Source of the DNA: Arcobacteraceae bacterium
Lineage (GTDB): Bacteria; Campylobacterota; Campylobacteria; Campylobacterales; Arcobacteraceae
Direction: 5' to 3'
DNA length: 64,000 bases
Assembly: GCA_963662945.1 (NCBI GenBank)
Contig: OY759974.1
Span: 2,240,001-2,304,000 of the forward strand
This document shows, piece by piece, positions 29,507 to 39,374 of this stretch. The notes beneath the pieces are model-generated. The model had not been told where the DNA came from, searched no databases, and saw nothing but the letters and a program-made list of their open reading frames with translations. The first letter of the stretch is position 1, and each line of letters opens with the position of its first letter. The translations under genes and the position numbers were made by a program.

Positions 29507-30514
29507 TTAAATAATATACTCCCCATATTTCTCCAACCACTCCTCAAATTCTTCTAATTCCGCTATTGCCTCATCTTTGATAATCAAATCTTTTATTAAC
29601 ATTACAGAAAATTCTACTGGAAGTCCTTTTGAATATGCAAAAAGGTTTTTTGCTTGATTTGTATTGTTATATTTTTCAATAAGTGCAGCAGTTAGAGCAT
29701 AAAGACTACTTGGTTCTGTTGGTACATCAGAAGAAAGCCCCTCTAAAATAGCATCTATATCAGGCAAGGTTTTATACACTTTTACAAATGAGGTAAACTC
29801 AATTCCTGCTCCATATCCAACAGTTCCGTATACTATTGGAGAGATTTTACCAATCTCATTTGTATTTTTTAATATGTTAGATAACATAGCCCAAGCTCTT
29901 GGTGTACAAAATGCTGGATTAGTTTCACTTGAACTAGGAACTTCGCTACTTAGTAAATCTGGGCGAAATCCTAAAAAACCTATGATAAAAGGATGAATTT
30001 CATTTTTGATAGCCCAAGCTTTAAAGTCATCAAACTTTGCTTCTAAAACTATATGTACCATTCTATTTATAAGTGGACTTGGAAGTTTAAAAACAATCCC
30101 TTTGTCATCTATTTTATTCCCTGCACATACAATTGCCCAATTTTTCGGCATAGTATATTCACCTATTTTTCTATCAAGTACAAGTTGATAAATTGCAGCT
30201 TGTACTGAAAGTGGAGCAGAGTTTAATTCATCTAAAAAAAGTATCCCAGAAGAGTCTTCATCACTTGGTAAAAATACTGGTGGCATCCATATTGTTTGAT
30301 TATTTTGTATAGTTGGAATACCTCGTAAATCTACAGCATCAAGTTGAGAAAGTCGTACATCTATTATCTCTAGGTCATTTTTCTTTGCTATATCATTGAC
30401 TATATATGATTTTCCAATCCCTGGACTTCCGTGTATAAATACTGGTGTATCTGTTTGAAGTAAGATATCAAGTTGATTGTATAGTTCAGCAGTTCCAATT
30501 GCAGGTGTTATCAT
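29507..30514 (-). CDS. MoxR-like AAA+ ATPase
   Basis: Walker A GSPGIGKS, DLRGIP, Walker B LFLDE, AGN, LINR, TPRAW. Confidence 0.9.
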   Translation of the reverse strand: MITPAIGTAELYNQLDILLQTDTPVFIHGSPGIGKSYIVNDIAKKNDLEIIDVRLSQLDAVDLRGIPTIQNNQTIWMPPVFLPSDEDSSGILFLDELNSAPLSVQAAIYQLVLDRKIGEYTMPKNWAIVCAGNKIDDKGIVFKLPSPLINRMVHIVLEAKFDDFKAWAIKNEIHPFIIGFLGFRPDLLSSEVPSSSETNPAFCTPRAWAMLSNILKNTNEIGKISPIVYGTVGYGAGIEFTSFVKVYKTLPDIDAILEGLSSDVPTEPSSLYALTAALIEKYNNTNQAKNLFAYSKGLPVEFSVMLIKDLIIKDEAIAELEEFEEWLEKYGEYII

Positions 30515-30549
30515 AATAGGCTATCCTTGGTATAATTTGGATAATACTT

Positions 30550-30565
30550 TGCATATTTTATACCA
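30550..30565 (-). promoter_or_regulatory. Possible sigma54 promoter of the AAA+ ATPase gene
   Basis: TGGTAT-AAAAT-ATGCA (GG-N10-GC); could instead be an extended sigma70 -10. Confidence 0.45.
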
Positions 30566-30608
30566 CCTAGCTACTACTAAATAAAAAGAAAAGCTTGAAA
30601 ATCTATAA

Positions 30609-31931
30609 TTAAATAATTTTCTTCGGACTAAATCTCCTAAATAAAATTATTGCTATTATAAAAGTAATAGCTTCAGCCATTGGAATCGCTAAAAATATCC
30701 CTTGTGTATCAAATAAATATGGTAATGTAAATATAAAAAATACAGGAAAAATAAAACTTCTTGATAATGCAATAATCATTGAGTATAAAGGCTTGTGAAT
30801 TGCTGTTAAATAAGCAGAAATTATAAGATTAATACCATTAAAAAGAAAAGCTATCCATATAAATGTTGCAAAGTCTAAAACTATTTTTTTTGTTTGATAA
30901 TTTGTATCTTCTAAAAAAATATTTGCTAAAGTATTGGGTACAAATAAGAGTAATAGTATCATTACAATACCAACCAAACTTGTAGTTATAAAAGCTAATT
31001 TTAAAAATTCTTCTATTCTTTTATTCTCTTTTGCACCAAAATTTTTACTAATAATTGGTTGTAAAGAGTCACTTATTCCAAAACTTATCATTATCCCAAT
31101 CATTAAAAGATAATTTATAACTGTAAATGCAGCTATTCCTTCTATACTGAAATTTTTTATCATTACATAGTTAAAAATTAAAGTTGTTATTCCTATTGAA
31201 ATTTCATTCACAAATTCGGAAGCTCCATTGTAAGTAGCTTTGATAATTTGTATATAACTTCCTATTGGTTTTACAAATTTGATTGTTGCTTTTTTTGAGA
31301 AAAAATGAGGTAAAAGAATAACCAATAAAGTAAGTTGAGAGATACCAGTAGCTAATGCTGCTCCAAAAATACCTTTTTGTAAATATACTATCATAAACCA
31401 ATCCAATAACACATTTATAATTGCACTTAAAAGTAGAGCTATAAAAGCAAGATTTGGTCTATTATCAACTCTTACAAAATAATCTAAAACTACTCCAATC
31501 ATCAAAAATGGAATAAAGATTAACATTATAGATAGATATTCAATTGCTATAATTGTCAAATTTTTATCTGCACCAAAAAGATGTAAGATAGTTTCTATAT
31601 TTAAAAATAGAACTATGCAAGTTAAAAAACTAAAAAGAGTGATGCAAAGCATAGTTTTGCTAAAAATAATAGAAGCGTTTTTAGTATCTCCTTCTCCTAT
31701 AAGTTTTCCAGATACAACACTACTCCCAATTGCTAACATTAAAGCAAATCCAAAAAGTAAAGAGAAAATAGGAAAACTTATATTTATAGCTGCAAGTCCA
31801 GAATCTCCAACATAATTTCCTATAAAAAATCCATCTACTATACTTGCTGATGAAATTGCCAACATTCCTAATACTGATGGTATTGAATATTGAAAAAAAA
31901 CAGATAATATTTTATCTTTTGTTACATTCAT
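30609..31931 (-). CDS. MATE family efflux transporter
   Basis: 12 TM, IVDGFFIG, GIFGAALATGISQ. Confidence 0.9.
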   Translation of the reverse strand: MNVTKDKILSVFFQYSIPSVLGMLAISSASIVDGFFIGNYVGDSGLAAINISFPIFSLLFGFALMLAIGSSVVSGKLIGEGDTKNASIIFSKTMLCITLFSFLTCIVLFLNIETILHLFGADKNLTIIAIEYLSIMLIFIPFLMIGVVLDYFVRVDNRPNLAFIALLLSAIINVLLDWFMIVYLQKGIFGAALATGISQLTLLVILLPHFFSKKATIKFVKPIGSYIQIIKATYNGASEFVNEISIGITTLIFNYVMIKNFSIEGIAAFTVINYLLMIGIMISFGISDSLQPIISKNFGAKENKRIEEFLKLAFITTSLVGIVMILLLLFVPNTLANIFLEDTNYQTKKIVLDFATFIWIAFLFNGINLIISAYLTAIHKPLYSMIIALSRSFIFPVFFIFTLPYLFDTQGIFLAIPMAEAITFIIAIILFRRFSPKKII

Positions 31932-32032
31932 TTAATTTCTTTTAATTTTTTCTTTTGATCTAAATCACCTTTTATAAATACAGGTGATTATAGAAAGTTA
32001 ATCTTAGTTTTAAATAAACTAGTGATTTATAT

Positions 32033-32905
32033 TTAGGAGTAACTTATAGGAATATAGTAACTTACTTTAAATTTTTCATCTTCTTCTAAAAAATGATTTT
32101 TTTCATAGATGGCATAGGGTGGATTAGTAGTGGTTTCATAACCACTATTAATAAGCCAACTAAAATAAACCCAATTCATAAATTTTAAAATATCGCCATA
32201 TTGTCCTTCAAAATTAAATTGTGCGTAAACACCGCTTGGTATGATAAGTGTTGGAAGCGTAGCTTTTGGTATCTCTTTTTCTACTATGATACAAGCGATA
32301 TATTGACATTCACTAAGTGGAGTGATAGTTGGATTATCGTGGTGAAGTCCTAATTGTTTGTAGTCTTTGATATGATTACATAAAAGCCATGTTTGAAGTT
32401 TTTGCCAAGTTTGTTTTATAGATATATTATATCCTTTATGTCTGATGTAATAAGCCCTCATTGTAGGCATCTCAACAATTTTTGGCATAAGATTTGAAAA
32501 ATCAATGGTCGCACTTGAAGCAGTAGGTGAAGTGGTTAAAATATCATTTGTAAACTGTTTGTATTCTCCATTTCGCCATTGTTTTGGTGTGATGTGAAAC
32601 TTTTGTTTAAATACCCGTATAAAAGCTCCTTGAGAACTATATCCACACATTTTTGCTATCTCTGTTATAGTAGAGTTTTTATTTGTAAGAAGTAGTGTGG
32701 ATGCTTTTTGGAGTCGTATAGATTTTATTGTTTCATAAATATTTTGTCCAAATTCTTCTTTAAAGAGTCGTTGCATATGAAATCTACTTGTATGTAAATC
32801 AAGACTTAACTCATCTATATTGATATCTATATCAATATGTTTATAAATATAATACATTATATCATTGGCTATTTTTTTATGTTTTTCTAGAGTATCTTTT
32901 TTCAT
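32033..32905 (-). CDS. AraC-family regulator with GyrI-like effector domain
   Basis: Double HTH (EIAKMCGYSSQGAF.RVFK..F..TP..WR), HDNP.ITP; ATG 32905 assumed. Confidence 0.9.
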   Translation of the reverse strand: MKKDTLEKHKKIANDIMYYIYKHIDIDINIDELSLDLHTSRFHMQRLFKEEFGQNIYETIKSIRLQKASTLLLTNKNSTITEIAKMCGYSSQGAFIRVFKQKFHITPKQWRNGEYKQFTNDILTTSPTASSATIDFSNLMPKIVEMPTMRAYYIRHKGYNISIKQTWQKLQTWLLCNHIKDYKQLGLHHDNPTITPLSECQYIACIIVEKEIPKATLPTLIIPSGVYAQFNFEGQYGDILKFMNWVYFSWLINSGYETTTNPPYAIYEKNHFLEEDEKFKVSYYIPISYS

Positions 32906-32917
32906 AAGATATATTAT

Positions 32918-32970
32918 AGCAAAAATTAGTATATTTTTAAGCAAAAATAGTTTATTTTATTAGCAAATAT
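32918..32970. promoter_or_regulatory. Three direct repeats AGCAAAWAT at 22-bp period, putative AraC operator
   Basis: Copies start at 32918, 32940, 32962 in the araC/aminotransferase divergent region. Confidence 0.6.
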
Positions 32971-33030
32971 AGAGAAGAATAAAATTTTTAAATCTCCTAT
33001 AATGACGAAAATTTAGAAAAAAGGGATAGT

Positions 33031-34134
33031 ATGAAACGATCATTTATAAGACAAATACTAGAATCAATAGACAATGAAACAATCTCATTTGCAGGTGGAT
33101 TACCTGATGAACATTTGTTCCCTATTGAAGATTTAGCAAAAGCTAGTGCTATAGTGTTGCAAAATAAAAAACATTTCCAATATACAATCAGTAATGGTAT
33201 TACACCTTTAAGAGAAAAAATTGCAAAGTTTTACAATGACGAGGGATTTGAAACAAAACCATCAAATATATTAATAACTACAGGAAGTCAACAGGCACTT
33301 TTTATTATTGCAAAATATTTTGAAAACAAAGAAATATTGATAGAAAAACCATCGTATTTGGGTGCTGTAAATATTTTTAAGATGAATAACTTAGCAATGA
33401 GACCTGTATCTTTGGAGTATGATGGTATTGATATAGAAGAGTTTAATTCTTTGTATCCTGCTACGAAATTGGCTTATTTAATACCTGATTTTCAAAATCC
33501 AAAAGGTTCTTTATATTCTCAAAGTAAAAGAGATGCCATAGCAAAAACAGTATTAGAACACAAAGGTTATATCATAGAAGATGCTCCTTATAGTGAACTT
33601 TATTTTGAAGAGAAATCAAAAAGCATCAGTAGTGAGATACCAAATAACAGTTTCCATTTAGGTTCATTTTCTAAAACATTAACACCAAGTTTTAGAATAG
33701 GGTGGGTAAGAGCAAATGAAGAGATAATATCAGCATTAACTATGATAAAAGAGACAATAGATTTGCATAGTAGTGGGATATCTCAATATATTTTGGATGA
33801 ATATTTAAAAGATGAAACCAAATATAAAAAGCATTTGGAACTTTTAAGATATGAGTATAAAAATAAAATGGAATATTTTGCAGAAGCCTTAAAAGCAGAG
33901 TTACCAGAATTTCATTTTGAAAAACCAAAAGGTGGAATGTTTGTATATGGAAAACTTGAAGGAGTTGACACTAAAGCCTTAGTGTATGAAGCTTTGAAGA
34001 AAAAAGTTGTATATGTACCTGGAAGTGAATTTTATCTTGAGAATACTTTGTGTGATGAGATACGATTTAATTATACACATTCATCAAAAGAGGAAATGAA
34101 GATTGGTTTACAAAGATTAAAAAGTATACTGTAA
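33031..34134 (+). CDS. PLP-dependent aminotransferase class I (MocR-like, no HTH)
   Basis: ISFAGGLP, PDFQNP, EDAPY, GSFSK...RIGW. Confidence 0.9.
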   Translation: MKRSFIRQILESIDNETISFAGGLPDEHLFPIEDLAKASAIVLQNKKHFQYTISNGITPLREKIAKFYNDEGFETKPSNILITTGSQQALFIIAKYFENKEILIEKPSYLGAVNIFKMNNLAMRPVSLEYDGIDIEEFNSLYPATKLAYLIPDFQNPKGSLYSQSKRDAIAKTVLEHKGYIIEDAPYSELYFEEKSKSISSEIPNNSFHLGSFSKTLTPSFRIGWVRANEEIISALTMIKETIDLHSSGISQYILDEYLKDETKYKKHLELLRYEYKNKMEYFAEALKAELPEFHFEKPKGGMFVYGKLEGVDTKALVYEALKKKVVYVPGSEFYLENTLCDEIRFNYTHSSKEEMKIGLQRLKSIL

Positions 34135-34143
34135 GGAAGAACT

Positions 34144-34977
34144 ATGAATGTATTAAAAAATATTGTGTTTGTTACTATTGGTTCTTTTTTTATAGCGTAC
34201 TCAACAGTTGCTTTTCTAAATCCAAATAGTGTAATCACTGGTGGTGGAGTAGGGTTAGCACAACTTTTTTATGCACTTTTCCCAACTATTACTTTGGGTG
34301 CTTGGATAGCTATTATTAGTATCCCATTGATTATTGTTGGTATGAAGTTTTTTGGAAAAAGCTTTGTTATTAAAACTTTTATCTCGATTGGACTTATCTC
34401 TTTGTTTACAGACATATTAAAAGAGGTTTTAAAAATATCTCCAACTACCCATGAAACTATACTTGCCTCTATCTTTGGTGGACTTTTGATAGGGTTAGGA
34501 GTTGGACTGGTGATGCTTGGTCGTTCTTCAACTGGAGGTACAACAATCTTAGCAGAAGTAATAGCTATGAGGACTAGATATAAAACATCACAAATCATTT
34601 TAGTGATTGATGCTATTATTATGTTTGCTTCAATTTTTGTGTATGGAGATGTTGAAAAAGCATTATTTAGTATTATTGGTGTATATGTTACTTCAAGAGT
34701 TGTTGATCTTTTACTTTCTGGAAAACCAGCTCAAAAAGCTGTGAGTATCGTAGCAAACAATGTTGAGGTGTTATCGGAACAAATTTTAAATCAACTAGGG
34801 GAACATGGAACAATTTTACAAGGTATAAACTTAAATCAAAAAGATTCAAGGACTTTAATACTTGTGATTGTAGATATATCTAAGTTACAACTTTTACGAG
34901 AAATTATTAAAGAATATGACCCAGAGGCTTTCCTTGTGATACAAGAAGCTTCTGAGTTATATGGGAGAGATTTTTAG
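34144..34977 (+). CDS. YitT family membrane protein
   Basis: TGGGVG, STGGT, C-terminal DPEAFLV. Confidence 0.85.
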   Translation: MNVLKNIVFVTIGSFFIAYSTVAFLNPNSVITGGGVGLAQLFYALFPTITLGAWIAIISIPLIIVGMKFFGKSFVIKTFISIGLISLFTDILKEVLKISPTTHETILASIFGGLLIGLGVGLVMLGRSSTGGTTILAEVIAMRTRYKTSQIILVIDAIIMFASIFVYGDVEKALFSIIGVYVTSRVVDLLLSGKPAQKAVSIVANNVEVLSEQILNQLGEHGTILQGINLNQKDSRTLILVIVDISKLQLLREIIKEYDPEAFLVIQEASELYGRDF

Positions 34978-35028
34978 ATACATATTTCTGCAGAGATTTA
35001 TTATTTTTTAATAGATAGTTTTTATAAT

Positions 35029-35045
35029 TGTATATTTTTTATATA
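35029..35045. promoter_or_regulatory. TGTATA-N5-TATACA-type palindrome
   Basis: TGTATA-TTTTT-TATATA, 31 nt before TATAAT (35077). Confidence 0.55.
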
Positions 35046-35146
35046 TAAATGCGAGTTTTTTCTTGTTATTTTTTTATATAATGGTAACTTGTTTTACAAT
35101 ATGGTTTAGTGGTAAAACAGTAATTAATGGTAAATGTGGAAAAATA

Positions 35147-36349
35147 ATGTTAGATAAATTAATAAATGAAGATAGGATAGAGATACATTTTCAACCTATT
35201 GTATCTATGAAAGAAAATAGGATATTTGCATTTGAAGCACTCACTCGTGCTTATGATGAAAATAATGATTTTATATCTCCTCTTTTTCTTTTTGAACATG
35301 CAAGGAAAGAAAATCGTTCAGTTGAATTAGATGATTATGTAAGAAAGTTAGCATTGTATAAGTTTGTAGAGTATTATAGTAAAGATAACACATTATTACT
35401 CTTTTTAAATTTTGAAGCTTCTATGATAGATGAAGATGTAGGTTCTAGTTTTTTACAAAATATAGATAACTGTAAAATACCTTATCAAAATATAATAATT
35501 GAGATAAAAGAAGATAGTGTTCGAGATAACTATTTTCTGGAAAAATTTGTTTTAAAATACAGAAAATTAGGTTTTTTGATTGGTGTAGATGACTTTGGTA
35601 CTGGATATTCAAGTTTTGATAGACTTGCTTTGATTAAGCCAGATATTGTGAAGCTTGATAGGTCTTTAATCTATAATATTCAAAACAATTATATTAATTC
35701 TGAGATTCTTACTTCAATCTCAAATATGTGTCATAAAATAGGTGCAGTAGTATTAGCAGAAGGTGTTGAACAAAATGATGAGATACTCACTTGTATGACA
35801 AAAGATATTGATATTTATCAAGGTTTTTTCTTTTCTAAAGCACAAGATATTATTGATACAAAGATTATACAATTAGTAGAAAATAAGATAAATGAGATAC
35901 AAAAAGGGTATAAATTACTTTTACAAGACTATTATGAAAAAGAAAAAAAGCTCTTAAAAAGATCAAAAAAGATTATCAAAAAAACTTTAGATATTTTAAA
36001 TAGTGATACAAAAGATTATAGAAAACAAATAACAAAAATCATTCAAAATGACAGTCATATAGAAGCGATTTATCTCCTTGATTTGGAGACAGGATTACAA
36101 ATTGGTGATACGATTATAGAAGAAATAAATCAAAGATTATTATACAGTCCTACAAATGATGGTCATGACCATAGTTTTAAAGAATATTACTTATATACAA
36201 AAGATTCTAAAAATAAAGAATATTTGACAGATAAATATATTTCTAAAGCTACAGGTAATATGTGTAATACATATTGTTTAAAAATTAAGCTGCAAGAAGT
36301 AGATTATATCTTATGTTGCGATATTGTTGATGAAAAAAATATGATGTAG
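35147..36349 (+). CDS. EAL c-di-GMP phosphodiesterase with C-terminal sensor-like domain
   Basis: FQPI, EAL, DDFGTGYSS, KLD, AEGVE, YQG; ATG 35147 preferred. Confidence 0.9.
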   Translation: MLDKLINEDRIEIHFQPIVSMKENRIFAFEALTRAYDENNDFISPLFLFEHARKENRSVELDDYVRKLALYKFVEYYSKDNTLLLFLNFEASMIDEDVGSSFLQNIDNCKIPYQNIIIEIKEDSVRDNYFLEKFVLKYRKLGFLIGVDDFGTGYSSFDRLALIKPDIVKLDRSLIYNIQNNYINSEILTSISNMCHKIGAVVLAEGVEQNDEILTCMTKDIDIYQGFFFSKAQDIIDTKIIQLVENKINEIQKGYKLLLQDYYEKEKKLLKRSKKIIKKTLDILNSDTKDYRKQITKIIQNDSHIEAIYLLDLETGLQIGDTIIEEINQRLLYSPTNDGHDHSFKEYYLYTKDSKNKEYLTDKYISKATGNMCNTYCLKIKLQEVDYILCCDIVDEKNMM

Positions 36350-36358
36350 TTAGCTACA

Positions 36359-37933
36359 TTATAGAATCTCCTCAATTGAAAGTTGTGATAAAACTCTATT
36401 ATCAAAACTTTCAAAACTTTCAAACTCCTCTTTTTCATCTCTATATTTTATCATGAGTGTTTTTACAATATATTTTGCTTTTTCCAAAGGAACTGCTTTT
36501 GCTAATACTCTTGCTTCTTTAGCTTCAAGTGTTGCTTTTCCACCTAAAAAGATATGAACTCCATAACACGAGTTGCCATCTTCATCTTTTGCTTTACAGC
36601 CTTCAAAACCTATATCTGCAACTCCATGAATTCCACAACCTTTGACACATCCTGACCAATACATTCTTACTTTTCCATTTTTTATAGGAACTTCATGGGC
36701 TAAAAAGTTTGCCATCTCTATGGCATCTGGTTTATTTGGTATTACTGCAAATGCACAAGTTGCCGTTCCTGCACAAGCTATTTGATGGTTGAAATAGATA
36801 TTATTATACGGTTTATATTCTTTGAATAAATCACTATTTTGCACAATTTCAGTGTGATTTTTATCTGTGATAATATATAAACTTTGTTCAACAGAAAGTC
36901 TTATTTTCCCATCAACCATTGAAGATAAATGACCAATTTTTGTTAAATCAGAACCTTTAAAAATACCACTTGGAATACTGAAGTGTACTGCTTTTAAATT
37001 TTCACTTAAATTAAATATTCCACTTTCATCTAGGATATATTCCTCTTTCGCCAATATCTCACCACTATTTTGATAGTTGATATTTGTTGTTTCTTTTATA
37101 GCGTTTACAAATTCATTCATACCTACAGCTTCTAGTAAAAAGTGTAATCTATTTTTATTTCTATTGTCTCTAAATCCATATTTTTTAAATAGTTCTACTA
37201 CAGCTTTAAAGGTTGGTATAATCTCATCCTTTTTTATAAAAAGACCTGTATTTGTTGCTTGGACACCAACTTTCCCACCAAGATAAAGATTAAAACCTAT
37301 CTCTTCATCTTTTTTAGCAACGATAAAACAACAATCGTGTCCATAAATATTACAATCATTTGTATCTGTTCCCAAGATTGCTGTATTAAATTTTCGTGGC
37401 AGTGTCGCTATCCACTCCTCTTTTTTGAAAAATATTTGTTGCAGTTCATCAATGATTGGTTTACATACTATAATATTTTTATCTCCTAAACCATCAAAAC
37501 TACTAGTAACAATATTTCTAAAGTTATCAACACCAGTTTGAAAAGTAGAAATCCCCACACTATCAAGTTCTTGTAATACTGTATTTAAGTGTTTTAGTTC
37601 TAAAAATCTAAATTCAAGTTGTTGTCTAGTTGTTATATCTATATAATCTTCCCCATATTGAGTGGATATTTTACCCAGTTTTATAGCTTGCTCTGGAGTT
37701 AATTGACCTGCTGGGATACGAATACGAAGCATAAACTTTCCATCTTTTTTTAAAAACAGTCCAAAACATTTTAAGAAAAAACTACTATCTTCATCAGACA
37801 AATTTTCTAAACCATTAGCACAAATTGTATCTAGCTTTTCATAGACACTCATAGGTGTTTTTAGTTTTTTAATATCTTCTATTTTATTGATTTTTTTATT
37901 TCTAAGCGTATATGCTTCTTCTAATACTTTCAT
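36359..37933 (-). CDS. nirA: Ferredoxin-nitrite reductase (siroheme)
   Basis: MLRIRIP, ITTRQQ, LPRKFN, CAG..TC, SGCVKGCG; nitrate cluster context. Confidence 0.88.
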   Translation of the reverse strand: MKVLEEAYTLRNKKINKIEDIKKLKTPMSVYEKLDTICANGLENLSDEDSSFFLKCFGLFLKKDGKFMLRIRIPAGQLTPEQAIKLGKISTQYGEDYIDITTRQQLEFRFLELKHLNTVLQELDSVGISTFQTGVDNFRNIVTSSFDGLGDKNIIVCKPIIDELQQIFFKKEEWIATLPRKFNTAILGTDTNDCNIYGHDCCFIVAKKDEEIGFNLYLGGKVGVQATNTGLFIKKDEIIPTFKAVVELFKKYGFRDNRNKNRLHFLLEAVGMNEFVNAIKETTNINYQNSGEILAKEEYILDESGIFNLSENLKAVHFSIPSGIFKGSDLTKIGHLSSMVDGKIRLSVEQSLYIITDKNHTEIVQNSDLFKEYKPYNNIYFNHQIACAGTATCAFAVIPNKPDAIEMANFLAHEVPIKNGKVRMYWSGCVKGCGIHGVADIGFEGCKAKDEDGNSCYGVHIFLGGKATLEAKEARVLAKAVPLEKAKYIVKTLMIKYRDEKEEFESFESFDNRVLSQLSIEEIL

Positions 37934-39189
37934 ATTATTTCCTTATTAAAAATTGAATTAAATTTTACTACATCCCCAAAAACCAAGATAGCTGGTCTCT
38001 CCATCTCTTCTGAATCAGCTACAAGATTTTTTAAAGTTGTTGTAACTACTTTTTGATTTTGTCTACTTGCATTTGAAACAACTGCACAGAGTTTATTTTG
38101 TGAAATATCTAGTTTTAAAGACTCTTGTACTATCTCTTTTGCACGACTAAGTCCCATCAAAACTACAACAGTATGATTTTCTTTTTTGAGAAGCTCTACC
38201 CAGTCAAGATTTATACTATTTCCTTTTAGATGTGCAGAAACTACAGTAAAACCAGCTGCATATCCACGAGCTGTTATGGGAATACCTGCTGTTGAACATC
38301 CACTGATACTTGAACTAATACCAGGAATAACTTCTGTAGGTATTTGTTCATTGATTAAATCTTGTAATTCTTCAGCACCTCTACCAAATACAAAAGGATC
38401 TCCACTTTTAAGTCTTGCTACACTTAATCCCATTTTTGCATATTTGATGATGAGTGCATTTATCTCTTCTTGAGATTTACTATGAAAATCTTTTTGTTTC
38501 CCTACAGATATTTTAAGTGTGTCTTTTGGAACTATTTGCATAATTTCATCACTAATTAAATGATCATATAAAACTACATCAACAGTTTTAATGATATTGT
38601 GTGCTTTGATTGTCAAAAGTTCTACATCGCCTAAACCGCAACCTACTAAATACACTTGTGTTTTTAAAGTGTTTAGCTCTTTTTGTGTTTGTTGAACATC
38701 AATAATTCCAGCATCTCTTTGCTGTTGTTTTTTTTCTAAATAGCTTTTTATATCTTTTGGGATAAGTTTTGCACATTCATCACGAAAATATTTTGCAGCA
38801 GTTGGTGAAGCTCCATTTGATGATACAGCTATTTGTAAAGGCTTATTTGGGGTTAATGCCATAAAATAAAAGTCACAATATTCTGGTACATCCACTACAT
38901 TAAGTAAAATATTATGAGTTTTTTTATAGTTTAATAATTTGTCGGCTACTTTAGGATTGCCCGTTGCATCTATAATAATATAGAACTCTTTTATATCCTT
39001 TAATATAAACTTTTTTTTGATGATATTATTTGTAGTTTCTAAAATTTCATTTTTAAAAGTATTACTAATAATAGTAAACTCTATATCATTCTCTTTTAGT
39101 ACAGTAGCTTTTTGTAAAGCTACATTTCCTCCACCAATTAGTAAAATCTTTTGATTTTTTAAAAGTATTGGTAATGTTTTATTTTTCAC
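37930..39189 (-). CDS. cysG: Siroheme synthase (dehydrogenase/chelatase + uroporphyrinogen-III methyltransferase)
   Basis: IGGGNVA, NVVD.P..CDF, LVGCG.GD..LLT, RLKSGDPFVFGRG.EE. Confidence 0.9.
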   Translation of the reverse strand: MKNKTLPILLKNQKILLIGGGNVALQKATVLKENDIEFTIISNTFKNEILETTNNIIKKKFILKDIKEFYIIIDATGNPKVADKLLNYKKTHNILLNVVDVPEYCDFYFMALTPNKPLQIAVSSNGASPTAAKYFRDECAKLIPKDIKSYLEKKQQQRDAGIIDVQQTQKELNTLKTQVYLVGCGLGDVELLTIKAHNIIKTVDVVLYDHLISDEIMQIVPKDTLKISVGKQKDFHSKSQEEINALIIKYAKMGLSVARLKSGDPFVFGRGAEELQDLINEQIPTEVIPGISSSISGCSTAGIPITARGYAAGFTVVSAHLKGNSINLDWVELLKKENHTVVVLMGLSRAKEIVQESLKLDISQNKLCAVVSNASRQNQKVVTTTLKNLVADSEEMERPAILVFGDVVKFNSIFNKEII

Positions 39190-39272
39190 AACTTTTCCCT
39201 TAAGTAATATTGAACTATAATAATTTAGTAAGAGTATTCTAACATTAATTTAATGTAAAATTAATATTATAT

Positions 39273-39289
39273 TGTATATTAAATATATA
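39273..39289. promoter_or_regulatory. TGTATA-N5-TATACA-type palindrome between divergent cysG and nitrate transporter promoters
   Basis: TGTATA-TTAAA-TATATA; 31 nt to TAGAAT (minus, 39241) and 31 nt to TATACT (plus, 39321). Confidence 0.7.
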
Positions 39290-39374
39290 AATTATTTGAT
39301 AATAATTTAAAAATAGCTGTTATACTTACAATATCAAATAATATTTAATGATAAATTAAGATTAGGAATGAAAA

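Noticed and set aside
31963-31989. Inverted repeat AATCACCT-N11-AGGTGATT upstream of MATE
   Set aside because: Single occurrence; cannot distinguish operator from hairpin
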